A stretch of DNA of 64,000 bases from Tubiluchus corallicola (taxonomy: Eukaryota; Animalia; Priapulida), in contig JAQGDQ010000291.1 in the NCBI GenBank assembly GCA_030141605.1, positions 43,071 through 107,070 on the forward strand, given 5' to 3'. Below the pieces are notes generated by a model. It did not search any database, had not been told where the DNA came from, and saw only the letters and a program-made list of their open reading frames with translations. The position numbers and the translations under genes were made by a program. Below are positions 36,721-51,700 of the stretch, one piece after another; the stretch's first letter is position 1, and the number at the start of each line of letters is the position of its first letter.

Positions 36721-39700
36721 CAGTATGTAGCTCTTATTGAACAATTAAAATGAGTTGGCTGGTGCCTGGAATCTTTGTTATATAAGTGAAACCTAGGACA
36801 ATCATTGATTTAGTCAACGCATACGAAGTGATGAATGGCACTAAAAGTAAAATCGATCAAAACGTTTTCTGTTTGGTTAGAGGACTTCGAGACGAAAACA
36901 AATGTTTTGTACCTTCCGTCATAACAAATGTTCAAAAACCTTTTTTGCACATAAAGTTGTTCTTCAGAGGAACAAGTTAAGTAATGCTAATGCTGTTGTA
37001 AGTTGAAGAAATTTGAAAATAATAAAACAACTTTGAGAGCTTTGTGGTTTCTGCCATAACTCTAGTACATCTAAACCTTTTTAAGGTAAGTATTCAAGTG
37101 GGCTACTTAACCACTTGATTACATGGCTGTCTACAGGCTACAATGAATATATCCTATGGACATAGCCTATGACAGACAATTTATGAAAATTCCTCTAAAA
37201 TTTAGAAACCATGCCTCGAAAATCCTACAATCGTACATGCTGCAGTGACTGCAAGATGTAATGTATTTAAACGCAATCAGAATTTTTTCCAACTTACAAT
37301 TATTTGTTGCATACACTGACCAAAAAGGGAAGATTTAGCGACTTGGAATTTTATCGTTTTAGCACCTCCAGTCACCTAAGGCCAACCAGAAAAGGCTAAT
37401 AAATTAGAATACCAAATAAAGGTAGTGTACATCGACTGCAACTGTTTGTGGTGAAACTATTTTATCGGTCTGTTATCCATGGTACCTCTACAGACAGTAG
37501 TCACAGTACTCAATGTTTTGGCTGCAGTCGGGAGAAAAAACAAGTTGATAGTAAACTACTGTATAATTGTATACAAGCTGTGTTTAAATTGCTTTGCATT
37601 GAAATAGGTAAATTTTGTTGGATTCTTAGAAGTCTGTAGAGTATAGAGAAGTAGTTTTATAATAAATTATTGTAGTTTAATTCAATTAAGTGCCTGGTAT
37701 TAGCGTTACAGATAAAAAAATTAACTTGATGAGACATGTAATGGAAAAAAAACTAACTGAACTTGCAAACATAATGACTTTGGAGTTATTAATCTTGATT
37801 ATCTGAACAGCTGCACTGTCTGCTCGTAAAATCCTTTTTCTCCACAGCTTTGCTTATGAAGGTGTCTTAAAGATAGTTAGAAAAGGTGTCTCAAAGATAG
37901 GTGTGCTTAAAAAAGGTGTCTCCAAGATAGTTATACTGATTTTTTAAGAGTTGATACCTTTGTCTTGTCTCATACTTTTATTTCTAAAGGTTAGTGTTCA
38001 TTTTTTCAGGATAGACAAATTGAAGTTACTGAAGATTCTGTTATCTTCGTAGCAACTGGCGTTGGAGCCCTTGGAGAAAAACAGTATCAATTTTGTCTGA
38101 ATTTCTACCTTCCTGTTTTGCCAAAAGTACGAGAAAGTACAGTATATAATCGTAATGTTTGTCAAGTACTTAAGAAATAAATGTAATAAATGATAAGTAA
38201 AAAATTGAATTGTTTTTAAATAGAAGCACTGTTAAAAATTTGATTTTAAATGTTGCTGTGATCAAATACAGATATACTTTCCATAATGGTTAATGAGTAT
38301 TAGCATCTATCGTTTCTATTATACTGTAATAGTCCATAATGTGTATCAGTCTCTGATACGTCAGTGTTTTTGTATCAGTTTATAAATAGTGGTTAGGCTT
38401 ATCAGTCTCTCGCAATTAAGTTTTTCGATATCAGTCAGCAAAGAATATGTGCCAGTACCATTTCAATTTTCAACTAAATAATTTAAGCGTGTGTGTGTGT
38501 GTGTGTGTGTGCGCGTGCGTGCGTGTGTCACTGCTGACAGCATTCTTGTGGCTATAAGAAGACTTGCCATTGAATCATTAAATTGTGTGTCACTGTTGTT
38601 AAACCTGTAAATTATTTGATATATCAGAACGACATTGCATGTAACAAGAATCCTGCCAGTGACTACGTGATGTGTCTTCGATGTAGGCCTACGTATAACT
38701 GTAAAGCATTGTAAAGTATTTTTTTATTTGTAGTATTTTTTGATATGTGTGAAGAAACAGTAATTGTTTGAAATCATACTGAGATACGAAGGTGAGCACT
38801 AGCGTCAAGTTGAGCACTAAGTTTTTATCTGCAGGAAAGCAGCTATCGGGTTCTGGACAGGCAGGTGGAATTCAACATCAAGAAATCTGGAGCAGAATGG
38901 TGGCCCAGGCTTACCGAAGGTCAGAGAAGACCTCACTGGTTAAAGATTGATTTTGACAAGTGGAAAGACGAGGATGATGATGATGAAGATGAAGAGCGTT
39001 TACATAAGGAAGAATTTGGTGCCATGGTTAGTATTAACTTCAAAATATGGCTTTAGAGTATAAGCTTGCTAAAAATTACCTTATGTTTAATGAGTTACTA
39101 AAATTAGCATATTACGGGGTTCCCACGGTCAGGGAAAATCCTTGAAAATACAGGCTACCCTGGAAAGTCATAGAGAAGTCGGGAAAAAGATAATTTGGTA
39201 AAAAATCGGCAAAAATGATGAAAATGGGGCGAAAAGTCAGGGAAATTGGAAAGGGTTGTAAAAATAGTTATGATTAACCGATATTTTTCCAAACACGTTT
39301 TTCGGCGATTTGTGTTCAAATAAAATTTTGCTATGGCAGGCTCCCAGTTTTGATTTCTTGGCCAACACATTACGTATCAGTATATGTATGAATGTCCATA
39401 CTCAAAAATGTTTGACTATGTGTACGGTAATGCAATTTCTGCTTATCTTGGTCACGGAAAAGGCAGGGAAATTTATTTTAAAATTCTGTAGGAACCCTGG
39501 ATCTTAGGCCTAGCATAAACCATGTTGGTAGATTGCCTTACTTTGTCTGAGCATAAGATTGACAAACATTTAATATGCCAACCTTTTCCAGAATCAAATT
39601 TACAGTTTCAAAACACAGAAAACCAGTTATGTGCCCTTTTAGAATTTCAGTTTCTATAATAAATTATGCCACATTATCGTGTCATTCACACAAATTGAGG

Positions 39701-42700
39701 ATGGATGTCAGAACTCTTATAGCATGCATGCTATGTATTTGTAATGAATTTTGTCCTAATGAATTTGCAGTTTTTTAAGTTTGTATGATCGTGTGAATCT
39801 TGCATCAAAGTTCTCTTCACCTTGCTGAGCAATAATTATACATTTAGAAGCCACCGAGTGTTTACAACCTGATAAGTGTTATCAACAATGCAAATGGAGT
39901 TTTAAGTATAGTCTTGCAGTTCTATACAATATAAAAAGTCGACAATAAGACGCCTTCGAAATTTTTAATTTTCTTAAAAACTAGTTACTTTAAGTGCTTA
40001 TTGCATCAACGGCTTACATACAGTTTTTCTTTTACTTGCAATATCTGTTTCTTTTAACTATCGAATTTTGAATTGCAAAGTGTCATGGTTCATTAGTTCC
40101 ACGGCAGTAGAATACATCACTCTTAGCACTTCGGCTATTGATATCTGGTCGTGAGTAGCGGCGTATTAGGCACGCACTAAAGTCACCAGTTTAAATACAT
40201 TTTTGCATTGTTGTACTGGTTTGCTTAAATGTGAAATTTGATATTGCTAATAAATTGCGCTTATATACGTGTTTAACCTTAAAGCACTTAAAACGTTGAT
40301 TGAATATTGTCATTGTTGTGCTAGGCTTGCCGAAGCTTTCCTTTGAACTTAGCGGCCATATTGCCCATATATTTACAATAAAGTAGACAACATAAACAAG
40401 AACAAAATAGCTCAGTCAGTCTAAATAACGCCTATACTGTAATCATAAATGTTTTGCAAATTTTTACCGTGAAATGCCTATAAATGGAATCATATTCGTG
40501 CCTTAAATGCTGTAAAAAAGAAAATACACTCATTTAATAACAAATAACGGTGTTTTCAATGTGTTAAAAGTGGCTGATTTGATAGAGCATGTTTGATCTG
40601 GGAGGGAGTAATTTTCGCTATAGTTTTTCAAGTACTAACATGATTGACTGTACATAGCAGTCTAGTTATTACTCTGGTCTACTTCGGCTTGCATACTGTC
40701 AGTGTCTGGTTTGCTCTTATCTTACTGTTTCATATTATTAATATTGTGATTACAGCAGAAAGTTCAACATAAAATTAATCTTTCATAACTATTCCATTTC
40801 AGGGACCATTTGATGAAGCTAAAGGAAAGGCAGCAATTGCTCAGCAGGAGAATCCAGGTTTGTCTAGTGTTTTGCACGAGACTGTGTACAACTAAGCAGC
40901 ACAAGTTCCGAGTTAGCTTTATTAGTTTCGCCGTTTTTGCAAATTACATGCTGATGATTTGATTTACATTGTTGATGAAGTCATTGATTATTTTTGTCAT
41001 CGTCTGTGCCCAACTGATACACTTGTCTTAGAAGACATGTAAACTGTAAACATGACTCCAGTAATATGCATGTGCAGAGTAGCTTGTTTGAAAATTGTAC
41101 ATGCATACAGTAATTACGACAGTTCTTTTTTGGAGTTTGATTCTTGGTATATCACATTTCATATCTTGTGCATTGTAAGTGGCATTACGTCATTGAATTA
41201 TGGCGGGATTTTAAAATAAAAAAGTAAATTATTTTGTAGATATCTATCATTTATACAATACGTACATTTGTCATACAGAGCGCTAGGCACATTGCTATTG
41301 TTCATTGGTATGCAATTATGCTGTTTTTTCATTGAAACCTGTTTGGGACTGACAATAGCTACATGCAAGCATTCAAAGTTATGCTTAGTATTGTTTCTAT
41401 GTATTCAAAAGTATTCGAACTTAACAGCTTTCACATTGTAAGGTTTTAACTGCAAATTCAATTTGCTGGCTACGTCTGCAGTACTTGTTTCATTTCAAAC
41501 AACAGTTTGTCTTATACACGCAAAACACCAAATTAACACTGTCATGTCTACCATGAGTTTAACAGAACTAAATGTTTCAGTCAAAATGAAAATCTGCTCT
41601 TCACAGGGACAGTGTTTTTCAGTTTAATAAGCTTTCATCAAATGTGAGCTTGCAGACCAAAACCGTCCATAAGTTGGCATAGTTAAAACTATGTTATGAT
41701 GCTTCATTGTAGAATGACCCAAAAATTGGTAAAATGTTGATTTTTTATTTTTTATGAAAAGAAATGCTAAATATATTGGATTTTTATATTCTAGCATCAA
41801 ATTATCGGGAAAATGTCCAAAAAAAACTAAAAATCTAATCTTATAATTCCTTGCCCACTTTTCTGTCTAGAAACTAATACGGCAATTGTAAAAATTTTAG
41901 CTCGAGGACGCAGCCATTTTGCTATGTTTTTTTTTGTTGACAAGACTAGATCTTCATCAGAAAGAGCCATCTACTGGATTTAAGCATAACTTCAGTGTGC
42001 TCTTGTAAAATCCATAGCAACCAACATTTGTGCAGTTGCTAAGTATTTTGAAGAGAAGCGACAACAACACTGGCCAACTTTAACAGTGATTTTCTCAAGA
42101 TTATGTTTTTCAGTGTACAGCCTGCACCTCAACTTCAATGTGGATTATCTCAGCTTAGAAATAACACAAAGTGATGAACTTGGTATCAAAATGATCCTCA
42201 TGATATGAAGATTCAGCATATGTGAATAACTAGAAAAGCTTAACTGCCGACTTATGGATGATTTTGCTATGCAAGCACACATATGTTGTTGATATGAGAG
42301 AGTTTACTTATATATTCGTTAATTTCAGATTCTTACAACTTCAAGCCATCGTATTTGTTTTTCTACAATTTTTTCCAGTCCGTTGGTTACCTGATGGTTT
42401 TCATCGTTTTGGTTGTGAAATTTCTAACGAATGGAGATTGTGAGTATTACATTATAGTTGCAGTATTTCACGTATCACTGCAATATTAGTACCACAACCA
42501 ACATTAGAATCAGTTGGCATCTTAGATTCTTTGATGCGTTTACTTCTTTAGGTGATTAAAATACAAAATATTTACATTCGGAACTTGACAGTATCCTGAT
42601 AATTGCACATGCATGAAACTTGAGCATATGTTTAGGCAGCACATTAGATAATATTCAGGTATTTTCTTATCTCCTTAAGTTATGTTTCAAAAAAATGTTG

Positions 42701-45700
42701 CTCGAGTGTGAAAAGGTTGTTCAAGTGAGATTGCAATGCACGTAGTTACTTGCTGAAACATGAGTACTTTAGACCAGATGGTTTAGTCTAGTGGTAATGC
42801 GTCTGCTTTCCGTCTGGGAGGTCGTGAGTTCGAGCTAGTGGCCGGGTCATACCAAAGACTTTAAAAATGGTACCTGCTGTTGCCCTGCCTGACACGTGGT
42901 ATTTAGGGTAAAAGTGGGGTAATAATAGTCTCTGTTATGTAGTTGTAGGTTGTTATTTACAGTTGGCGATAATAGCTCTTTGAGCTAATGTTAATTGTTG
43001 ACCCAAAAGCCGACTTTAAATAAAGATTATTATTATTATATTTCATGACACCACATTTGCAATTTAAGCACAATATTAATAGACTATATAAAAGACAATT
43101 TGGATTTTCAGGTGAGTGATGCCCTGCTTATAAGTAAACTCAATTTAGGCAAAGTTTGTTTTTGCTTTCCGTTCGTTCTTCTAGATATGTCATGAAATAA
43201 GGCGTTTATGGTAATTTTCTGCTTGTTAGCTGTTTTCACTGATGATAAAAGCCTTGAAAAGCTTTACCAGGAGCTGGTACAGCTACAGTGGATCACTGTG
43301 CTTTTGTCAGTGGATCACTGTGCTTAGTGTGTTACAAACACTGTTACAATCCTTGATTTGTTACTTTTTTAGTGTTTCCAAATATGTACGTCATTCTTGC
43401 GTCGTGGCTGTTGGCAGAATAGCTAGATCCCTGGCTTTGCAGTGATTGTTCATATGGATTTTGCAACATGAAATACCTTCTATGATTAGCCAATCTGCAA
43501 AAAAGATCTGGCTGAAACACCCTTCATATGTATTTTCCTGGAAATCTAGTGACAATGTTAATTTGATTATTACAGTATACTTTCCATACACGTCTGACCT
43601 TTATTCTTTCTCGCATTGTTGGTGGCCTGCATGATCCGGATTATTAGTAGAAAGCAATGGGTATTTTATCAACTTCTTCGGGATATTGTTATCTGAATAA
43701 AATTGGTGTTATTTTTAATTTTCAGCTGCTTTAAAGACTGGCTATTCATCAGTCGGTTACCGGTTGTTATATACTCAAACGGCAGCTTATCTTGAGCTAA
43801 TTCACCCCCTGCTGGGATTGGTTAAAGGAGGTGTTCTCGCACCATTTTTACAAGTAAGTAGTTAGAACACACATGATTTGTTTTCCCACAAAAGCGATAA
43901 ATGTGTAGTCCAGCAATGTTTTTATTATGACCCACATATGCGCAAGACTCATTTAACTTACTGTCGGAAAATCCGCTTTAAACCAAGCCTGGCTTCTTTG
44001 GTGGCCTTACAATATTATTTAGATCGTATGCTTCGTTCATGCGTGTGTAACCATGCATTTAGTTAACCTTGCCTATAAAAAGGAAGTGTCACCGCGGATC
44101 GGTGACCACCCATCAGCAGGTACCACAAAAGGTGGTCCCCTTTTTCTTGTTTTTTATATAGGCCTGTATGTGAGATTATTCATTTAAGGTGATGTGAATT
44201 ATGTGATTATTTTTGTTATGATGTTACAGTTAAATTTGAATTTTGTTAATAAAGTGTATTATTCGTGTGGGCCCAATTTATACAATTCGTTATATTTCTC
44301 TAATGACTATTTTTGACTGGATTATTTTCACAGCACAATTAGTGCAAAATCACAGGTAAGAGCAAGTCAATCAATACCCACTAAGGTTTAAGAGTAATGC
44401 AACCTTTTTGACTGCAGTAAATTAGACATAAATTAGTGTTGACAGTGCACGATCAGGATAGGCTCTCTCTCCCTCTCTTTAAAGCTATTTGGCATCAAAT
44501 TCAATTTTTTCGATACTTACTATTAAGATTTGATTTAATCCTAGAATATTAAAGTGCTATTGATCCCAGCACTGTCAATTGTTACTTTTGTACCTAGTTC
44601 ATCAAGTAAATTTTTGCTGTAGTGTTGTGGCAGTGTATCATGACTGCCTTCTTTCCATATTCAGTCCACATATACAGTTAGAAACCTAATTATAATGCCA
44701 ACCTTGCTTAAAGCACAAGAAAACCCACCATAAACATAAAGCTGGAAAAATTTGTCTTGAAATTTTATATCATTTACATACTGGCTTTGTATATACAGGG
44801 CTTCAATTGGCAGTAATGCTGTATAAAACATGTAAATTTCAACTCCCACGATGACCGTTAAGCTCAGTCATTTTAACGACAGGCCATTTGAAACAAGTTT
44901 AGATAACATTGTGTATTTTTTGAAAAAATAACCAGAGCATTCGTAGCACACACGTCACAAACTAAGTAAAATTTTAAATTACTGTATCTTGTCAAAAAGA
45001 TTAAAAAATTTTGGTTAGTGAGTGGTGCACCCTGGTGGACGGTGAGTCAGCGACATTTTACCAATTGGTGAAAACATTTTAAATAATTGACAATTTTCTT
45101 TTCTAGTTACATAAGTCTTTCTAGTAAGTAAGTGAAATGCTAAGTAATATAGATTTGCATGGAAAGTTTTTTGGGACATAATTTAACATTGATTTTCTTC
45201 CCCTGATTTACATAGCATAGTGTAATTGCGCCGTCGGAACAGTATTGCGGGATATTTAAAATGAAGACAAACAGAAATTCCTTTCAACACGAGTACGATA
45301 TGTGCATAAAATTGCTGTAAAGTAGTATAATTTTTTAACGCGATTTTTCTGAAGCCTACTTCATGTACCCCTTTTCTTGTTCTCTAATGCCCATATATTT
45401 GCGTAGACATGTACGTATTAATCCACCTCGCGATAACGCCAAACTCACTTAATACTAACTCTTTTTGCAGTCCCATAAGTAAGTGGTATAAAGAGTGGTT
45501 TGACTGTATTTATCTATCGCTTGTAGGTCATTGTAAGTGCTGTAGGTATTATTCTGTACTGTAGGTACTGACATTCATAATTTCAAAGCCATGTTAAAAA
45601 TATTTGTGCAGTGTAATAATTAAAAAGTCTGGCAAATGGTGTTTAGCTAACTGTGTGCAGAATTACTGGGTGTGTAACTTTAACTGGTGTTTATTTTGAT

Positions 45701-48700
45701 TTGAGATAATGTAATAATTCAGCAGTTATATTTTTTCTACCAAGTAACTTTCTAACATTGGTGTTCGGTGCATAGACAAAATTTCAGCAGTAGCTTTTGT
45801 GCCCGACCGGATACTTCTAAGACTAACCATGTTTCTAGCTAAGATTTTTGACATCTAACTTGTGCGATTCCTAAATTTGCACGTATTTTTCACCTGTTGC
45901 AAGATCAACGGACGAAACCTGGTGTTGATGATGATCATCGCGTCTGAGCCGAAAGTTCAAACTCAACCGATTGTATTCTATTTGTTTCTTGTGTGGAGTT
46001 TGTCTGAAAGTATAAGGTATCTGCATTGTTCTTCTTTACGTAATGAGTAAGTGTAAGCACACGTTCAGTTTAGTTGCTTATAGGCAAATTTGTCTGTTTG
46101 GTGTCATCATGTTAAAAACACTAATCCCGCTACTTGAAATTTGATTATGCTTAATCTTACACAACTTCTCAATTGGGTTTGTATAATGTACAGTGTTCCC
46201 TCGATACTTTGCGATTCGTTTATCGCGAACTCGTTGTTTCGCGGGTTTTCAAAAATATTAATGTGGAATATTTATCGCGGTATTTTTGCTGTTTCGCTGG
46301 TTTTTGCGGTTCTTCGTATCAAGTATTTTTGCACATGCGTTGTACGTATTGTACAGTAATGTAAAGATTTGACGAATTTTGCATAAAAATCACAAAATGC
46401 ATAAAAATATGTTAAAAGTATTTAATTCTAACATTAAAAGAATATAAATCGTAAAAAATTACCATTTACAGTAAATAGTGTATTTATTCGGCGGGTGTGT
46501 ACACACCAAAAATGAAATGTAGTACTTGCGCCCGCTTGAGATTCGCCGTGAGATTGTACAAAACACACGATTGGTTGATTGATGGAAAGCGATTAAAAGG
46601 TACATGTACAGTATGGGAAAAGTTATTAAGGGAATTGGAAAGGGTTATGCATAAGAGTGTGGGGAGGGTTTGTAAAGACTTAAAATAATGTATAACTACT
46701 AAAATAAGTATAGCGTCCCTACTTCACGGAAATTCACTTATCGCGGGTAGGCTTGGAACGGAACACCCGCAATAAGTGAGGGAACACTGTATATACTTGA
46801 AATTATATTGTATAACAAATACTAGTACCATATATATAACTATAAATTATGTCAAAATGGTACGTACTCAATTCAGTAGTGACCATAATTCAGCGAACTA
46901 CGTTTTGCTAGTAATTACTGTTAGTGATCCAAAATAGCAAATTCTCTTGTCACACTTATTGACAGATACTATTGTTGGTACTATTGTAATGTAAAAATTG
47001 TTAGCACACTACAAACACTTGTTGAAAAATGAGTGAATTTACAAATGCACATTGCACAACTTATGATTAGCACTTTCAATAAAAGTTGTCTGGGAGTTCT
47101 TACACGAAATATATAGTATTTACAAGTAGTATTTCTAAAAATTACGTGTAATTTTGTTTAAGTATCCCGATCTAAATTGATTCAGTGATAATGAAAACGA
47201 ATAAAAATTTTAAAACTAACTTGATTGAATGACGTTAATCACATTAAAAACGAATACCTTTAGTTTGGTTAAATTTTTCTATTGAAAGATTAGATTTCGT
47301 GTTTTTACATTTTTTCTTCTTATTTCATTTTATATAAAACATCATAAAAACTACAAAAAAACAATAAAATTACATCCAAATTTACAAGCGAATGACTTGG
47401 TTAACTCAATTCATGTATTAATCTATAAGATCCCGTGAACTCTAGGGGTGTAACTAGATGTGGCAAGTAGGGGGGGGGGGGGCGCAAAAATTTTCTGGGA
47501 GGGCGAGGTATCTGGAGTGGTTAAATAATGGTTAAGCCAATTTTTAACCCCTTTTATATTGCATGCAGGCCTATAGTTAGCATGTGTAGGACGGCGTAGC
47601 AAGCAGAGCAATAATGAAAAAATTAGCTCTCAGTTAACCTAACATTATTAATGTGCCTCTAACCTGTTGGCCTGCACGCACACTGAAGCTACCAAACATT
47701 TTTTTACCGAATTCTAATTCATATTGAAAATGATTACATGCGAACTGCAACCCCCCCCCCCCCAGTTTCGCCCCGGTGAACTCCAAAGTACCCCAACTGC
47801 GTCTTGTATAAATACCCATAGAGAAACGTATTTATAATTAATTTACAGAAAAATATTTTAAAAAGAAATGGAAACTTTTAGTTGTTTAAAAATAATAGTG
47901 CAGTGCAGTAGACGATCTTACAAAGTTATGAAAATAAAAGACTACAAGAACAAATATACAAAGTTATGAAAATAAAAGACTACAAGAACAAATATACAAA
48001 GTTATGAAAATAAAAGACTACAAGAACAAATATACAAAGTTATGAAAGTAAAAGACTACAAGAACAAATATACAAAGTTATGAAAATAAAAGAAAATACA
48101 AGAGCAAATATACAAAGTTATGAAAGTAAAAGACTACCAGAACAAATATACAAAGTTATGAAAATAAAAGACTACAAGAACAAATATAAAAAGTTGTGAA
48201 AATAAAAGACTACAAGAACAAATACAAAATTTGTGCATTTAGAGAAATTAATAGTGGAGCTTGTTAATCAGATAATTAGATAAACAGCAGGACTAGAAAA
48301 CTTTGGGTGAGCCGTCTGATAATGTGGGTCACAAGTACCAATATGCAGGTAACAAATAGTATTTCAGTTTTACATTCTGTATCCTTATTTCACTTGTTTT
48401 CAGATACCCATATTACTTTCTCAACATGATGAAACTTGAGACAGCATTTCTCACATGGTTGCGGTACTCAGCCTGGATAATTCTGTATCCAGCAGGATTC
48501 ATGTGTGAAGGTACGTTTACTGATTGTTGTGTTTTGTTTCTCTCGGACGGCTCGTGGAGAAAACAAGAAAACACGTCGTCAAATTGAACAGGTTTATTAT
48601 GTGAGAATTCCACAACACAAAAGTATAAAGGAATGCGAAATGTGAACAGTCAAGTGATAGGAAAATAACATACGATAATCTGAGAATAAACTTGAGCGGC

Positions 48701-51700
48701 CAGCTCCGCCTCATATATCAGTGCAAATGGACAACACCAGAACAATCTAAAAACTACTACACGCATCGCGTATAGAAAGTTCTTGAATCTACGAGTGCTT
48801 CTAGTGGATCTCCACAAGGTAAGAAGATTGTTCTACTATACTATAGAACATTCTAGAGGATCTCCACAAGGTAAGAAGATTTTTCTACTATACTATAGAA
48901 CATTCTAGTGGATCTCCACAAGGTAAGAAGATTGTTCTACTATACTATAGAACATTCTAGTGGATCTCCACAAGGTAAGAAGATTGTTCTACTATACTGT
49001 AGAACATTCTAGTGGATCTCCACAAGGTAAGAAGATTGTTCTACTATACTATAGAACATTCTAGTGGATCTCCACAAGGTAAGAAGATTGTTCTACTATA
49101 CTATAGAACATTCTAGTGGATCTCCACAAGGTAAGAAGATTGTTCTACTATACTATAGAACATTCTAGTGGATCTCCACAAGGTCAGAAGATTGTTCTAC
49201 TATACTATAGAACATTCTAGTGGATCTCCACAAGGTAAGAAGATTGTTCTACTATACTATAGAACATTCTAGTGAATCTCCACAAGGTAAGAAGATTGTT
49301 CTATTATACTATAGAACATTCTAGTGGATCTCCACAAGGTAAGAAGATTGTTCTATTATACTATAGAACATTCTAGTGGATCTCCACAAGGTAAGATTGT
49401 TCTACTGTACTATAGAACATTCTAGTGGATCTCCACAAGGTAAGATTGTTCTACTGTACTGTAGAACATTCTAGTGGATCTCCACAAGGTAAGATTGTTC
49501 TACTGTACTATAGAACATTCTAGTGGATCTCCACAAGGTAAGATTGTTCTACTGTACTATAGAACATTCTAGTGGATCTCCACATATTAAGAAGATTGTT
49601 CTACTATACTATAGAACATTCTAGTGGATGTCCACAACACTGATTCTACTGAATCTTGTAAATGATTTCAGTTCATTTCTATTAATTTCAGTTGATGAAG
49701 GAGAGCAACTAATTAATTGTTATATTTTAGGCATGGTCGTCTTATTAGCAATTCCATATTTTGAGGAGACCGGCAAATGGAGTTTTGTTTTCCCAGAGCC
49801 TCTCAATTTCAAGTTTTCCTTTCCTGGATTCCTACGCATTTATTTATTAGTCATATTTATACCAGGTATGATGCTCTGTTGTTTATTATTAATATCGAAA
49901 ACTAAAACGTATCATTTCAGTAAACACTGAGTCCCATTTTCTGTGCATTTGTCACATCTTAGAAAGGTTCTGAAATCATCTAGTAATTTGTTTAATTATC
50001 GCAACTGCATTAGATCTGGTTGACAGTTTATACACTTTTCCTGTAAACAATCTTTATGACATATGTCGCTTATTGTACCGAGTGCGCGATTGTAGTATTA
50101 TGTGACCCATTTAATTGTTAGTCCACTGCACCAAAGTACTGAATTAGTCTATGCTGCCATCTACAGTCATTGTTTTACTCTAATTGTACAAAGTTTGTCA
50201 AATATTGATTTTGTTTCTAGATATTGTTTCCTTTTGCTTTTATAGATATTCATTAATCAGAGCAATTAGATTGTTAATTTCATGCTTTAATTCTGGTTCT
50301 AACTCTCTTATTCAAGTTAAAATAGAGAAAAATTATAACACAGCTTTCTGTAAACAAATAATGTTTATCCTGCTATCAAAGAAGCCAAGTAGACTTTGAT
50401 TTTAGTTTAACTAGCAGTCTGTAGAATATAGGTGACCTTTCCATTTATGGTTTGTATGCATGAATATGACGTACCTTCCAATAGGAACTTGAATCTCTGG
50501 TCATGTGATGACAGCTCTATTCTCTCAGGCATGTAAGTTTCAGTTAATTTAGAGACAGCAGTGTTAAAGGATGCAAATTTTCTACAGTATCATCGCGCTA
50601 ACTTTTGTGATTGCAAATTTCTAGAACATGATAACATTAAAGCCATGGAAATATTTTCTATCATCATAACATACTTGTGATTCGAAAACCGCTAGTTTGA
50701 AAAACAAGCAGTTTTGAGATAAATTCAAGCAAAGTTTTTGATCTGACAATCAAAAACGTTGATGTGCCCGAGCTTAACCATTCGTAATTTTGTCTCAGAA
50801 AAGGCGGAGTTTTGTCTATTTGAATTTAGAAAAATCAGAAAATAACAAATTTTCATATAACTCTTAGTATATACTCCGTTGGGATAAACAAGTAGGATCA
50901 TGGGCACTGTCAAAGTTTAAAAAATTTGACACACAAGCAGCTGGGGGTTCAGGGAGTGCCACCAATGTATTTCCTGTATTTAAGGACAATTTGGAGAGCT
51001 CAAATGTGATCTAAATTCTGGTACATAGACTTCCTCAAATGTGTAAAATTCTGTTTTAATAAATATATTTTACCTACATTTACCTAGGTAATATTCATTG
51101 TATACTATTGTAGTAGTCATATATCAAGATTATCTACTCAGCAAAATGTGGAAATGTGGATAGTCAAGCATAAAACTGATTTGAGACTGTTAAGTTTACA
51201 TCCCACCCACTGTTCATACAAAATTTAATATGTTTGCATGTTTGCTAATTTTTCCCACCAGACACAGCTAAACAGCAAAACATCTCAGCCACCCATGCAT
51301 TTTAAACCATTTTGCGGTCGCTAGAAGCTACTTCCTCAGGCAAGTTCACTAGCTTAAAACTTATTATTGTTCAAACAACAAGGGTTGATATGTTTCTTGG
51401 TCTGTTACTTAAAAAAATTACTTAGCTATCAAAAATTTTTAATTCAAGAAATTCTGTGGATGCACATGCGCCAGTGCATCCGCCTGCCGGCACCCGTGGG
51501 CAGGATAAACTGGGTATAAGTTGCTAGGAAAATTTTGTAATTGATGCTTGATTAAGCTTCATGTACATTAGACTACTAATTCCATTATATTTGGTGGAGT
51601 GTCTGTAGGAAACAAAATATTTATAGCTAATTCATTAATAAAATTAGGTACTTTGCAGTTAACAGACAAACTAATTGTAACTGCTTCATTTTCAGCTTGT

